From the IMG/VR virus record IMGVR_UViG_3300049329_000003, positions 2,588-66,587 of that record: a stretch of 64,000 nucleotides of DNA. One strand, given 5' to 3'. The stretch's first letter is position 1. Every line of letters starts with the position of its first letter. The DNA is from a virus (lineage: Duplodnaviria; Caudoviricetes). This document shows, in pieces, positions 26,535 through 35,071 of the stretch. Made by a program: the position numbers and the translations under genes. The notes beneath the pieces were generated by a model. The model ran no database searches and had not been told where the DNA came from. It saw only the letters and a program-made list of their open reading frames with translations.

Positions 26535-27292
26535 TTCCAGTCAATCACCTTCCAGTCAGCACCGTAAATATCCTCTGCCGTAATGTGCGTATATGCCTTC
26601 CCAAACCACGGTCTCGGCACCACCACTCGCTTGTCTGGTGCATCACTCAGCACTGCGGCCATTGCGCTGTAACTGCTGTTAGCAACAATGTAATGTCTGC
26701 ACCGTTTAAGTAGCTTGAAATCTTCCAGATAATCCCGCCCTTCGGAATACTCCACGCCTGACCCGAACATCTGCTTCGCCCCGACAATGTCATCACTGAA
26801 CACAAGAAACTTTGCGCCGGGAAATTCAGCCATTGCGGATCGATAGTAGCCCATCGTCAACCGGGGGTGATATCCATCTCCGTCAGTGTAATCTCCCGCC
26901 CGCCAGTGGATGGCTACGCAGTCGTTCTGTGGTGGTTCGTCTTTCATGCGCAAGTACCATCGGATTTCGTCCAGCGCATGCGAGAAATACTTCTCGGATT
27001 GAAAATGCCCCTTAAGACTTACACTCTCAGTCAGATCAACGTCGTGAAATCCCCAATCGACCCAGCGCTCGGGTAATGGTGGACCGGAATAAAGCGGCAA
27101 CGGATTGGCAAAATGCTCGTAAACGTTGACGCCTTCGCTTGAGCCAAACCGATCCCGATGATCGTGATTGATCCACGGCGGGAAGGCGAAGTCTGCATTG
27201 TTGCGACGGGCTACGCCAATCGTCCCGGCCACCTGGTAGGCGCCGTTGCAAAATCGGCCCATTAGCCCGAGGTTGGCAAATGTCACTATCAT
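26531..27292 (-). CDS. Alpha-1,2-fucosyltransferase (GT11)
   Basis: [43 protein letters not shown] motifs. Confidence 0.92.
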   Translation of the reverse strand: MIVTFANLGLMGRFCNGAYQVAGTIGVARRNNADFAFPPWINHDHRDRFGSSEGVNVYEHFANPLPLYSGPPLPERWVDWGFHDVDLTESVSLKGHFQSEKYFSHALDEIRWYLRMKDEPPQNDCVAIHWRAGDYTDGDGYHPRLTMGYYRSAMAEFPGAKFLVFSDDIVGAKQMFGSGVEYSEGRDYLEDFKLLKRCRHYIVANSSYSAMAAVLSDAPDKRVVVPRPWFGKAYTHITAEDIYGADWKVIDWK

Positions 27293-28257
27293 AATTCGCG
27301 CTGCTTATTCCGCATCGCAGGCAACTCGCTTGACCTTGATCCAGACTCTCCCACTCGTGCGCGATACCAGTCGAAGGTTGAACGAAGCCCGTCATAGAGC
27401 GAGATTTTAGCACGCCAGCCGAGGAATCTGATGCGAGAACTGTCTACCAGCTTGCGAGGCGGACCATCGGGCTTGGTTGAATCAAACAAAATCTCCCCAC
27501 GATAGCCGACTACTTCAGCAACCATGTGGGCCAGATCGCGGATCGTTACTTCTTGCCCTGAGCCTACGTTAATCGGTTCCGCGTCGTTATATTCCGCCAT
27601 CAGGGTAATAAGCGCGTCTGCAAGATCGTCAACGTGCAGGAATTCGCGCTTCGCCCTCCCCGATCCCCACACCGTAACCGACCTGTCGCCGTTCAACGCG
27701 GCGCGGTAGAGCCTCGACATCAGCGACGGAATCACATGCGCGTCAACTGAATCAAAGTGATCGTTGGGGCCGTAGAGGTTTGTAGGCATGGCGGCGATCG
27801 CGTTGAAGCCGTACTGCTTGCGATAGGCTTGGCACAGCTTCAACCCGGCGATCTTAGCAATCGCGTAGTACTCGTTCGTCGGCTCCAGTGGGCCGGTGAG
27901 TAGCGCGTCTGCTCGCATGGGTTGTTGCGCGTCACGCGGGTAGATGCAGGATGAGCCGAGGAATAGTAGCTTCTGCGTAGCTCCATAACGATATGCAGCC
28001 TCAATAACATTCGCTTGTATGAAAAGGTTGTCATAGATAAAGTTAGCGGGATAAGTCGAGTTCGCGTGAATACCTCCGACTTTAGCCGCCGCAAGAAAAA
28101 CCTGCCGAGGTTGATGAAGAGAGAAGTAGAAGTCTACAGCGCTCTGATCGGTTAGATCCAACTCTTGGCGAGGGGCGGTCAACGCATCGGGAATCCGCCG
28201 CAGTAACGCGCTACCTACGAGTCCGGTGTGACCGGCAATGTAAGTGGTGCTCATCAA
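27289..28257 (-). CDS. fcl: GDP-L-fucose synthase
   Basis: [64 protein letters not shown]. Confidence 0.96.
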   Translation of the reverse strand: MMSTTYIAGHTGLVGSALLRRIPDALTAPRQELDLTDQSAVDFYFSLHQPRQVFLAAAKVGGIHANSTYPANFIYDNLFIQANVIEAAYRYGATQKLLFLGSSCIYPRDAQQPMRADALLTGPLEPTNEYYAIAKIAGLKLCQAYRKQYGFNAIAAMPTNLYGPNDHFDSVDAHVIPSLMSRLYRAALNGDRSVTVWGSGRAKREFLHVDDLADALITLMAEYNDAEPINVGSGQEVTIRDLAHMVAEVVGYRGEILFDSTKPDGPPRKLVDSSRIRFLGWRAKISLYDGLRSTFDWYRARVGESGSRSSELPAMRNKQREL

Positions 28258-28718
28258 CTTTCCCTTGCCTCAACCTCACTATAATCATGCAAATGGATGA
28301 CGGGTGGTCGATGCGGATGAGGACGCAAACCCGCTTGACACGCCTGCCACTCAAACTCACTGTCGAGCCGAGACCAATGATGGCCGATACGAGACCATAC
28401 GTCAGGTAAGCGCCGGATTAGCCCAGCAGAGAACTTAGTACAGCCAAATGAGTGATAGATACCAATACCACGCTGATCGTAAGAATTTGCGCACCATAAG
28501 CCGGGACATTGCCATAACTCCTCCAGTGCCCCCGGCCACGGGAGAATGTCATGCTCAACCAGAATGAACGTCTCACCCTTTTGCCATAGATCGTTAAGCA
28601 GATTCCAATAGGCATCAGACGAGGCACTAACATCGACATAGGTTGGGGCGTGACCGTAACGTGAAAGTAGTTGCGGGAGCAGCGGATGCAGTTGAACGTG
28701 GGGGATAATGATATTCAC
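28254..28718 (-). CDS. Small GT-A-like glycosyltransferase/nucleotide-sugar protein
   Basis: [19 protein letters not shown] and SFGCTKF patterns; location in the glyco cluster. Confidence 0.55.
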   Translation of the reverse strand: MNIIIPHVQLHPLLPQLLSRYGHAPTYVDVSASSDAYWNLLNDLWQKGETFILVEHDILPWPGALEELWQCPGLWCANSYDQRGIGIYHSFGCTKFSAGLIRRLPDVWSRIGHHWSRLDSEFEWQACQAGLRPHPHRPPVIHLHDYSEVEARES

Positions 28719-28724
28719 TGAGGC

Positions 28725-28904
28725 CTAGCGATAACGCTCGCACTCCTTGCATTCAAAGCTCAGTCGGTAAAAGGCTAGGGCTAGATGGTAAATACAGATC
28801 TTGGTCCAGAATTCCGCTTCTGGCATGAGATAGAAGAACGCATGACGCTCCGCTGCTTTCGCAAACATGGCGGCGTAATACATGTGGTATTTTGAATCCG
28901 TCAT
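28725..28904 (-). CDS. 59-aa hypothetical protein
   Basis: Read by eye: MTDSKYHMYY...FECKECERYR. Confidence 0.45.
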   Translation of the reverse strand: MTDSKYHMYYAAMFAKAAERHAFFYLMPEAEFWTKICIYHLALAFYRLSFECKECERYR

Positions 28905-28910
28905 GTTCTC

Positions 28911-29246
28911 TTACTTGAATATATCTCTCCCTAGCCTGCCCAGTTGAGTCCGTGTCTCAGACAAAAGGACCTTCACTTCACCCGTATCAGTATGCTTCCT
29001 AATAGTAAGCGGGTACTGAATTTGGCGCGAACTTTTCACCGTAGCAATGAGTCTATTCTTGCTAAGCAGCCGAGAGCGAGTAGCGGAATAGCGCGTGATC
29101 ATATTGCGCGGGCTGTCAGCGTAAAAGTTATGCGGTGCGGCGGACATCTCAACCGTGATATCGCTTTTTACAAGCCGCCGCTTCCGCCCAAGTATCACTG
29201 TCACCGGCGCTTTGATTTCGTATGTACCAACAAACGCATATTTCAT
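28911..29246 (-). CDS. Basic hypothetical protein
   Basis: Likely start ATG 29246 (ATGA overlap with the methyltransferase stop). Confidence 0.5.
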   Translation of the reverse strand: MKYAFVGTYEIKAPVTVILGRKRRLVKSDITVEMSAAPHNFYADSPRNMITRYSATRSRLLSKNRLIATVKSSRQIQYPLTIRKHTDTGEVKVLLSETRTQLGRLGRDIFK

Positions 29247-29902
29247 TGCAACCAACTCCGATTGAAATACAGTTCCCACTCCAGTAACGGATGTGGCTCG
29301 CATTCAGGAAACAGGTGTCCATATTCCTGTTTAACTAGAATGAGATTTCCGGTGTGACACAGCACGAAATATCCACGCTCCAGCGCCGCAACTGTCATGG
29401 TCCAATACCCTACGCCACCGTCTGAGTTAACGCGCTCACTTGGAGGCTCAATGCTGCTGTCGATTTCTACGATAACGATCTTAGGCCGCGCCTTCATACC
29501 ACAGAAGATTGCATAGTCGCCCCCATCGGTATCGATGCTGAGCAAATCGCACTTGTCATCAACGAAGGCGTTCACGTTGCGGCCGTCTACGCGGGAGCAC
29601 TGGTGTCGAACGTGAGGATTATCAGCCCAATTCTGTTTTGACTGAAGGTAGAGATTATGATCGGCTTCGACAAACAAACCGGACCATCCCTGCTCAATAA
29701 GGTATCGCGTGTTTGAGAGCCACAGACCCTCGTTGCCGCCGATCTCTACTGCGTGGCCCAAGACCGCCACTTTGGACTCCCCGTTGTAGAGATAACCGTC
29801 ATGCTGATTAGCGGTGATGCGCTTCCAGCCTTCTTGAATGATTAAATCCTCTCCGTTTTGCGAGTGGACGTTCCCGGCATACCGTTTTACAAAATCAAGC
29901 AT
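29243..29902 (-). CDS. FkbM-like SAM-dependent (sugar) methyltransferase
   Basis: NVHSQNGED, VEIGGNEGLWLSNT, GWSGLFVEAD, DLLSIDTDG, RPKIVIVE. Confidence 0.85.
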   Translation of the reverse strand: MLDFVKRYAGNVHSQNGEDLIIQEGWKRITANQHDGYLYNGESKVAVLGHAVEIGGNEGLWLSNTRYLIEQGWSGLFVEADHNLYLQSKQNWADNPHVRHQCSRVDGRNVNAFVDDKCDLLSIDTDGGDYAIFCGMKARPKIVIVEIDSSIEPPSERVNSDGGVGYWTMTVAALERGYFVLCHTGNLILVKQEYGHLFPECEPHPLLEWELYFNRSWLQ

Positions 29903-30632
29903 GGCAGCCCACTTTCCGGCGCTTGGTCTCGTTTATCTTCTTGCGCGTTTCCGAAGATATGCCGCGCTTTTTCGCGGCTTGCCGCATCCGTTCTCTCACC
30001 TCATCTGTGTACACGATTTTGGCCTGTTGCGCCCTTGCCGCCCTGATTCGATCGAGTGTTTCATCTGAGTATATACCCGTTTTCCCTTTATTCCACGGGA
30101 TGCGTCCCTTATTCTTCGCCGCGACTTTCGCTGTATGCGCAGGGGATTGAGGTCCGCGTTTTCTTCCACGCCAGAACGCTCCAGACCTCTCGGCATGTAG
30201 AGGCCCATGCTTCTTACCCGTGTTCGCTTCGCTAATCTTCTTTCGTGTTTCTTGAGATACGGGATGGCCCATTCGCTTCTCTCGAAATTTCTGCTTCGTC
30301 TCCTCACTTGTCCTGCCCTTGGCTCCCGCCTCTCGTGTGTTAAGTAGCCGACACCCGCGTTTACGGTATGAATCCATGTAGATCTGCTCGTAATGGTCAA
30401 GACGATGCTGCTCAATGTTTTGAGGAAGCCAGTGGGTCAACTGGAACTCATGGGCCAGCACTCCGTACTTAAAGAAAGAGTTGTCCAGCTTTGGCTGCGT
30501 CCCCTTTCTTTTGTCGTACCGATAGAAACGAAAGCGCGCGTAAACATGGCGGCTCTGGCCCACGTAAATACGACCTGACGGAGATGTAATTGTATAAATG
30601 CCGCAAACGCGCTTAGGATGGTATCTAGCCAC
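29895..30632 (-). CDS. Free-standing GIY-YIG homing endonuclease with NUMOD3-type repeats
   Basis: CGIYTITSPSGRIYVGQS; repeated SEETKQK/SQETRKKISEA/PWNKGK motifs. Confidence 0.92.
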   Translation of the reverse strand: MARYHPKRVCGIYTITSPSGRIYVGQSRHVYARFRFYRYDKRKGTQPKLDNSFFKYGVLAHEFQLTHWLPQNIEQHRLDHYEQIYMDSYRKRGCRLLNTREAGAKGRTSEETKQKFREKRMGHPVSQETRKKISEANTGKKHGPLHAERSGAFWRGRKRGPQSPAHTAKVAAKNKGRIPWNKGKTGIYSDETLDRIRAARAQQAKIVYTDEVRERMRQAAKKRGISSETRKKINETKRRKVGCHA

Positions 30633-30656
30633 TGATGTGAACCTCTGACATAGGTA

Positions 30657-30752
30657 TCACTCTTTGGTAAGAGTCGCTCGAATGCTGATAAACACTCGGG
30701 CGACTCGCATTATACCGTAGTTCTTTGCGTATCTGTGTAAGAAGGTAAGCAT
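30657..30752 (-). pseudogene. Relic 5' end of the methyltransferase gene (MLTFLHRYAKN...)
   Basis: First 11 codons match the methyltransferase N-terminus MLDFVKRYAGN at 7 of 11 residues, then run into the endonuclease promoter. Confidence 0.6.
30671..30714 (-). promoter_or_regulatory. TATAAT -10 box followed by a 36-nt hairpin upstream of the endonuclease
   Basis: TATAAT 30714-30709; GAGTCGC-CCGAGTG-tttatcag-CATTCGA-GCGACTC. Confidence 0.6.
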
Positions 30753-30971
30753 TTATTCGGCCTTGCAGAAGGGGCACGGTTCGTCTCCAACGAAACATTC
30801 AACCGCGTGATTAACCGGCTCGTGCTCTTTCATGAAACGCGTTAGTTGTTGTTTTCCTTCCTCAGTTGGATCTACAACCTTTATTACCCGACACGTCAGA
30901 CAGTTGGCCCACCAATTCACTTTCGCCTCCAGCCCGATCGTCGCCATGTATTTATGTAAGAAGCTAAGCAT
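30753..30971 (-). CDS. 72-aa Cys-containing protein beginning MLSFLHKY
   Basis: ORF track; first 24 nt are 21/24 identical to 30729-30752. Confidence 0.65.
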   Translation of the reverse strand: MLSFLHKYMATIGLEAKVNWWANCLTCRVIKVVDPTEEGKQQLTRFMKEHEPVNHAVECFVGDEPCPFCKAE

Positions 30972-30974
30972 GTC

Positions 30975-31367
30975 TTATAGGCCAAGTAGGGCCATGCGAA
31001 TCGGGCCATTCGCCTTAAGATCGTCAACAACAGTCTCAATAACGCGACGTCGAAACGCACCATCCGATGACCCATCTTCACCTTCAATTCCACCGTGGAA
31101 AAGCGCCTTCAATTGTATGTAGGCATCCCACTGTGCCGGACCCATCTGATGAACCGTAGCGCCTGCCTGATCAAAACGTTTTGCCGCTTGTTTTATCTGC
31201 TTTAGCTGCTCATACTCTTCTCGGCTCACGGTTAGGGTTTCGGTGTTTTCACTGCGGTACAGGCCGGCCAGAAAACCGTGATGCGCCAGCATCCGACCGC
31301 GGCCCGTTTCGTCCGGGTCAAACTGCCTGTTCCACCACTCTGTAAAGCGTGGATCTTCGTCACTCAT
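30975..31367 (-). CDS. Hypothetical protein
   Basis: 130 aa coupled ORF. Confidence 0.6.
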   Translation of the reverse strand: MSDEDPRFTEWWNRQFDPDETGRGRMLAHHGFLAGLYRSENTETLTVSREEYEQLKQIKQAAKRFDQAGATVHQMGPAQWDAYIQLKALFHGGIEGEDGSSDGAFRRRVIETVVDDLKANGPIRMALLGL

Positions 31368-32185
31368 GCCGCGTTACTCCATTCATGGTTACGTTTTCTA
31401 TGATGTGAAAAGAGGATCGGGTACGTGTCTCCCGCGTACTCCGGTAACTTCTCATAAACAAATTCCGGCGAACTGCCCCGATTGTATACCGCGGGCCAGT
31501 AATGAAGTTTCAAACCCTCTCTGTATGCGAGCGTGGTCAGTATGCTTTGATCGTGTCGGTTCTCTCTGAACTCAGGATGATTCGGACTTCGGCTGGGTGA
31601 ATCATCAATCAACCTTCCGCCTTCAAAGAGACACCACTTCAACCACTCAGCGACGAACTTACGCGAGTAGTCAGAGACACGAAAGAAGATTACTGAGGCT
31701 TGGCATTGCTTGCCGAAACGTTCCCACGTAACGGCCATGTCTGAGTGGTATTCCAAATTGGGTTCCCAGAACTTCGACGGCCAAATCTCTTGAACCACAT
31801 CCCGTTTACACCACGCGTAATGCGGCCAGTTATTACCGAATAGAAAGATGTCCTGATCCATTCGATCGATTATGTGGGAGACGGGAGCGATGAACTCAAT
31901 GCCGGCATCCGCATAGCACACCACGTCACCGTTCCGCACGTTCCGCACAAAGCCAGCTACGCCAGTTAGCCGATCAATTAAATAAGGCTTCCATGACCAT
32001 AGACCATAGCCTTTCCGGTTAGCAAAAATTTGTGGATGCTCTTCCATCATGGGTCGGATATCCCACTCATCGCAAGTATGAATCTGGTTTGCGCCAATCC
32101 CGCCTTTCAGAATTGCGCTCTCAACGCACAACTCCCGCGCTCGGCTCATGCTTTCATCTGAGAATGTAACGAGATGGACTGTCAC
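31364..32185 (-). CDS. Putative glycosyltransferase (GT-A-like)
   Basis: KGYGLWSWKPYLI, VVCYADAG (DxG/DxD-like), ENRHDQSILT motifs typical of nucleotide-sugar transferases in phage glyco clusters. Confidence 0.7.
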   Translation of the reverse strand: MTVHLVTFSDESMSRARELCVESAILKGGIGANQIHTCDEWDIRPMMEEHPQIFANRKGYGLWSWKPYLIDRLTGVAGFVRNVRNGDVVCYADAGIEFIAPVSHIIDRMDQDIFLFGNNWPHYAWCKRDVVQEIWPSKFWEPNLEYHSDMAVTWERFGKQCQASVIFFRVSDYSRKFVAEWLKWCLFEGGRLIDDSPSRSPNHPEFRENRHDQSILTTLAYREGLKLHYWPAVYNRGSSPEFVYEKLPEYAGDTYPILFSHHRKRNHEWSNAA

Positions 32186-32289
32186 TTATTGTCTCTTTTT
32201 CAATGCGGCTCTCAACGCCAACGCTCCGCTACAGTCAGGGCACCACGGATCGGCCCAACAGGACGGACATTTGCAGCAGGAGAATCATT

Positions 32290-32481
32290 TCAATCACCAC
32301 TTACAGGCATACGAATTGACAGCCACAAGTCATCTGGCATAAGACCTAAGTATCCCTCCGGCAGGTTCTTGCCCGTAATGTATTCACTGGAATCATCCAC
32401 AATGCCAACGTAAAAACCCTGCCAGCGATAGACCACAATCAAGCCGGACGGTTTAACGTCAGAAACCTTTTCCCATTTCAT
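32290..32481 (-). CDS. Hypothetical protein
   Basis: 63 aa coupled ORF. Confidence 0.5.
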   Translation of the reverse strand: MKWEKVSDVKPSGLIVVYRWQGFYVGIVDDSSEYITGKNLPEGYLGLMPDDLWLSIRMPVSGD

Positions 32482-33092
32482 CTCAGCCTCTTATCCGATT
32501 CTTGAAAGATTTCCGTGTAGTCATCAACATAGCCACCTTGCCAGATGCTGCTCACACGCGGCCTCTGGTACGCAACCATCGGCGCGACGCAGTACGCGTT
32601 CAACTCCCGTAGTCTCGTGGACAGCCAGTTATCAAACATGATTTCAGAGAACGCAGGCTGCTTGGCTAAAAGCTCGTAAACGCATTTACGATTATACCCG
32701 ATCGCATGTGTGGTCCAGGCGGCCTTAACGCGCCACAGGTGCTCGCTGTAACGCTCGGGCTCAGGCTCGCCATTGTTCCAGCAAACCAGATTCGCGCCTA
32801 GATAAGCAATATCCCAATCTTCAGGTAACTCGCCTAACGCTTGCTCCAGATGACTTAGATCGCGAAACAGGCAATCGTCTTCCAAGTGCAGTAACGTCTC
32901 CGCGCCTGACAGGTAGAATTCGCACAGGATCTCTCGCTCTGACTTGTTGAACGATTGATGCGGGCCAATGTCGGGGAGGGATTGGAACTTCTCGACCTCG
33001 AGGCCGACGCGCTGGAATTCCAGCCGCGCCTGCGCCCACTCGCTGTCGAGAGTTGTCAGGCAAACGCGGCTTTGGAAAAACGACCAGTTCAT
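32478..33092 (-). CDS. GT25-like glycosyltransferase
   Basis: LLHLEDDC, LPEDWDIAYLG, WTTHAIGY, DNWL motifs. Confidence 0.85.
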   Translation of the reverse strand: MNWSFFQSRVCLTTLDSEWAQARLEFQRVGLEVEKFQSLPDIGPHQSFNKSEREILCEFYLSGAETLLHLEDDCLFRDLSHLEQALGELPEDWDIAYLGANLVCWNNGEPEPERYSEHLWRVKAAWTTHAIGYNRKCVYELLAKQPAFSEIMFDNWLSTRLRELNAYCVAPMVAYQRPRVSSIWQGGYVDDYTEIFQESDKRLR

Positions 33093-33358
33093 TTGGCTTC
33101 AATCTTGCGGAATACTACCTCGCCTGCTTCGTTTATTCCGTCAATATCAACTTTGCCATCGATAACAAGTGAGATCAACGCTTGGTCAATGCGAGCCGCA
33201 TGTAGCATGTCGAGAACCTTTTGGGTTACAAGCGCACATTTCTCTTCCGTTACTGGCTCCATTCCGCGAACCACGCTAGCGATAATTAGCAGGCACTCGC
33301 GATCTGTTACAGTTTCCGGCTGCACGTAGGTCCATGAACCGACGGTACATGCGCTCAT
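33089..33358 (-). CDS. Hypothetical protein
   Basis: 89 aa, ATGA coupled. Confidence 0.55.
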   Translation of the reverse strand: MSACTVGSWTYVQPETVTDRECLLIIASVVRGMEPVTEEKCALVTQKVLDMLHAARIDQALISLVIDGKVDIDGINEAGEVVFRKIEAK

Positions 33359-33561
33359 TTATTTCGCTCCTTGCTGCTGCCGTTGACAATCGGCTTCTCA
33401 AACAGCCAGCGCATCAACTTTATCATCGTCACGGCGTCCATGACCTCGCCGCGCTCAATACGTGAGATCGTGCCATGCGAAACGCCCACTTCCTGCGCCA
33501 GTTCGCGGATACCGACATCACGCTTCTGCCGCCAGCTTCGTAAGACCTCGCCAATCTTCAT
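33355..33561 (-). CDS. XRE/Cro-family HTH regulator, first gene of the glyco island, leaderless
   Basis: LRSWRQKRDVGIRELAQEVGVSHGTISRIERGE. Confidence 0.9.
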   Translation of the reverse strand: MKIGEVLRSWRQKRDVGIRELAQEVGVSHGTISRIERGEVMDAVTMIKLMRWLFEKPIVNGSSKERNK

Positions 33562-33641
33562 GCGGCTAACTTAGCATATACTGTCTAAGCTGTCAAACAT
33601 TTTCTCTTGCGCTGCCAATGGGGATTTGCTAACATGCAGCC
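33562..33641. promoter_or_regulatory. Divergent sigma70 promoter pair, both leaderless
   Basis: Minus: TTGACA-17-TAAGTT-6-ATG; plus: TTGCGC-17-(TGc)TAACAT-6-ATG. Confidence 0.75.
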
Positions 33642-33833
33642 ATGCGGCTTCTGACAGACGAACAGCTAAGGCGAGTAGATGAGATTATTACAGACGAAAT
33701 TAATCTGGAAATTGATTACGTCTTCAACGGGGAAGACTCACTGCCGGAAATCGACGGAGACGAAACGTTACGTAATGCGGCGCGTGCTGTGAGAGCATAT
33801 TTGGAAACACTGGAAACGGAGATAGGTAAATGA
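33642..33833 (+). CDS. Acidic hypothetical protein (moron, opposite strand to the late operon)
   Basis: 63 aa directly after the plus-strand promoter. Confidence 0.65.
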   Translation: MRLLTDEQLRRVDEIITDEINLEIDYVFNGEDSLPEIDGDETLRNAARAVRAYLETLETEIGK

Positions 33834-33900
33834 CAAACGCTGAGTTGTACTACCAGCTACGCAAGGGCTGGGTGAGACGGTTGCTGGATTGGATCGCGGG

Positions 33901-34191
33901 ATGAGCTTTGCGCCTAAGGTTGGTGATATTTACCTCGATCCGCACAGCGGTAAGGTCTATCGGTACTATTCCGTCTATCAAGGCGACAATGGATCGTTTG
34001 GCAGTAGCGCCGAGCCTTTGGGATTCATTGCGGACCAGCGCCCCACGTTGATCGATCTACTCTACGCTTTCTACTGCCGCAGTCGAGGCGGAATCATCTG
34101 GCGCTATCAGCTAATCTACTCTCATTACCAGTCCGAAAAAGACCGAGCAATGCGACCGCCGCAAACTCTCGTCAAAGACATCATTGATTAA
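33901..34191 (+). CDS. Hypothetical protein (moron)
   Basis: MSFAPKVGDIYLDP...; likely ATG 33901. Confidence 0.55.
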   Translation: MSFAPKVGDIYLDPHSGKVYRYYSVYQGDNGSFGSSAEPLGFIADQRPTLIDLLYAFYCRSRGGIIWRYQLIYSHYQSEKDRAMRPPQTLVKDIID

Positions 34192-35071
34192 TCCAGACGT
34201 GAAAACACCTGCAATAGTCTCCACCTAAGCAGTCAGGGTTTGGCGCGGGCTGTAGATCATCTTCACTATTAGCAGTTTGACCGTCTTCCGCGGCGCAGGG
34301 CTCGCAAACGTTCTGATCGAGCAAGGCTGAATACTCCACTCGCTCCCATTCATCAGATCTCGCTTCTGCTTCATCACCGCGCCCGATGTTGATGACTTTG
34401 TTCGCTAACCCTCGTGCGGCGCGATCGATGTAAGTCACTGAGCCGGCGTTAATCTCGTTTGTAACGGCATTAATGAGTCCGTCTCCGGTCTGGCCTAGCA
34501 GCGCGTGTCGTGCAGCAGCGTCAATAAGCCGAGACTGCACGTCGTTGGTAACGCGGCTGGTCGTGAGGTCAACTAAGTCTTCAAGTTCGTCAAAATCACC
34601 ATCATCAATAACCGCGGCCTTCGTATTCAATTCAGCAGCAACCAGCATCCGGCCGTGACGGTGGACTTTGACGAGCTTATCACTTAGATCGATCCTTAGC
34701 TCGCCCGGCGCTTGCAGTACCAACTCGTGATAATGCGCAGGTCTCAGCTTTTTGATTCGGCTCAATCCATCGGTGATGAGATCTGCGCGCAGTCGTAGCA
34801 ACACAGTCCCGATAGATTCCTTAGCCGACTCCTGCGCGTTGTGGATTCCTTTGACGGCGATCTTCTCGTGCTCTTTTGGCTCGCGTGAGAGGGTGAGTCC
34901 TTCCCATTCGACGCCCTTACGCTCAATGTGGTTCAGTCCAAGTGAGAGGTAGAATGCTTCGGCTTTATGCTCACCATGCGTGTGAATCTGCTTATCCCAA
35001 AACTCAGCCAGCCGCGCCGCCGTAACCACGTCACGCTTGAGCTGGTTTAACTTCTCAGCGAGAATCGGCAT
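34181..35071 (-). CDS. Head morphogenesis protein (SPP1 gp7/Mu F-like)
   Basis: YSALLDQNVCEPC...PNPDCLGGDYCRC; follows the portal; likely start 35071. Confidence 0.9.
   Translation of the reverse strand: MPILAEKLNQLKRDVVTAARLAEFWDKQIHTHGEHKAEAFYLSLGLNHIERKGVEWEGLTLSREPKEHEKIAVKGIHNAQESAKESIGTVLLRLRADLITDGLSRIKKLRPAHYHELVLQAPGELRIDLSDKLVKVHRHGRMLVAAELNTKAAVIDDGDFDELEDLVDLTTSRVTNDVQSRLIDAAARHALLGQTGDGLINAVTNEINAGSVTYIDRAARGLANKVINIGRGDEAEARSDEWERVEYSALLDQNVCEPCAAEDGQTANSEDDLQPAPNPDCLGGDYCRCFHVWINQ

Noticed and set aside
29870-30720. Group I intron carrying the GIY-YIG gene (an in-frame U|...G| junction is formally possible)
   Set aside because: The endonuclease ORF fills nearly all the space, no P/Q/R/S core elements were recognised, and the downstream part has its own full start
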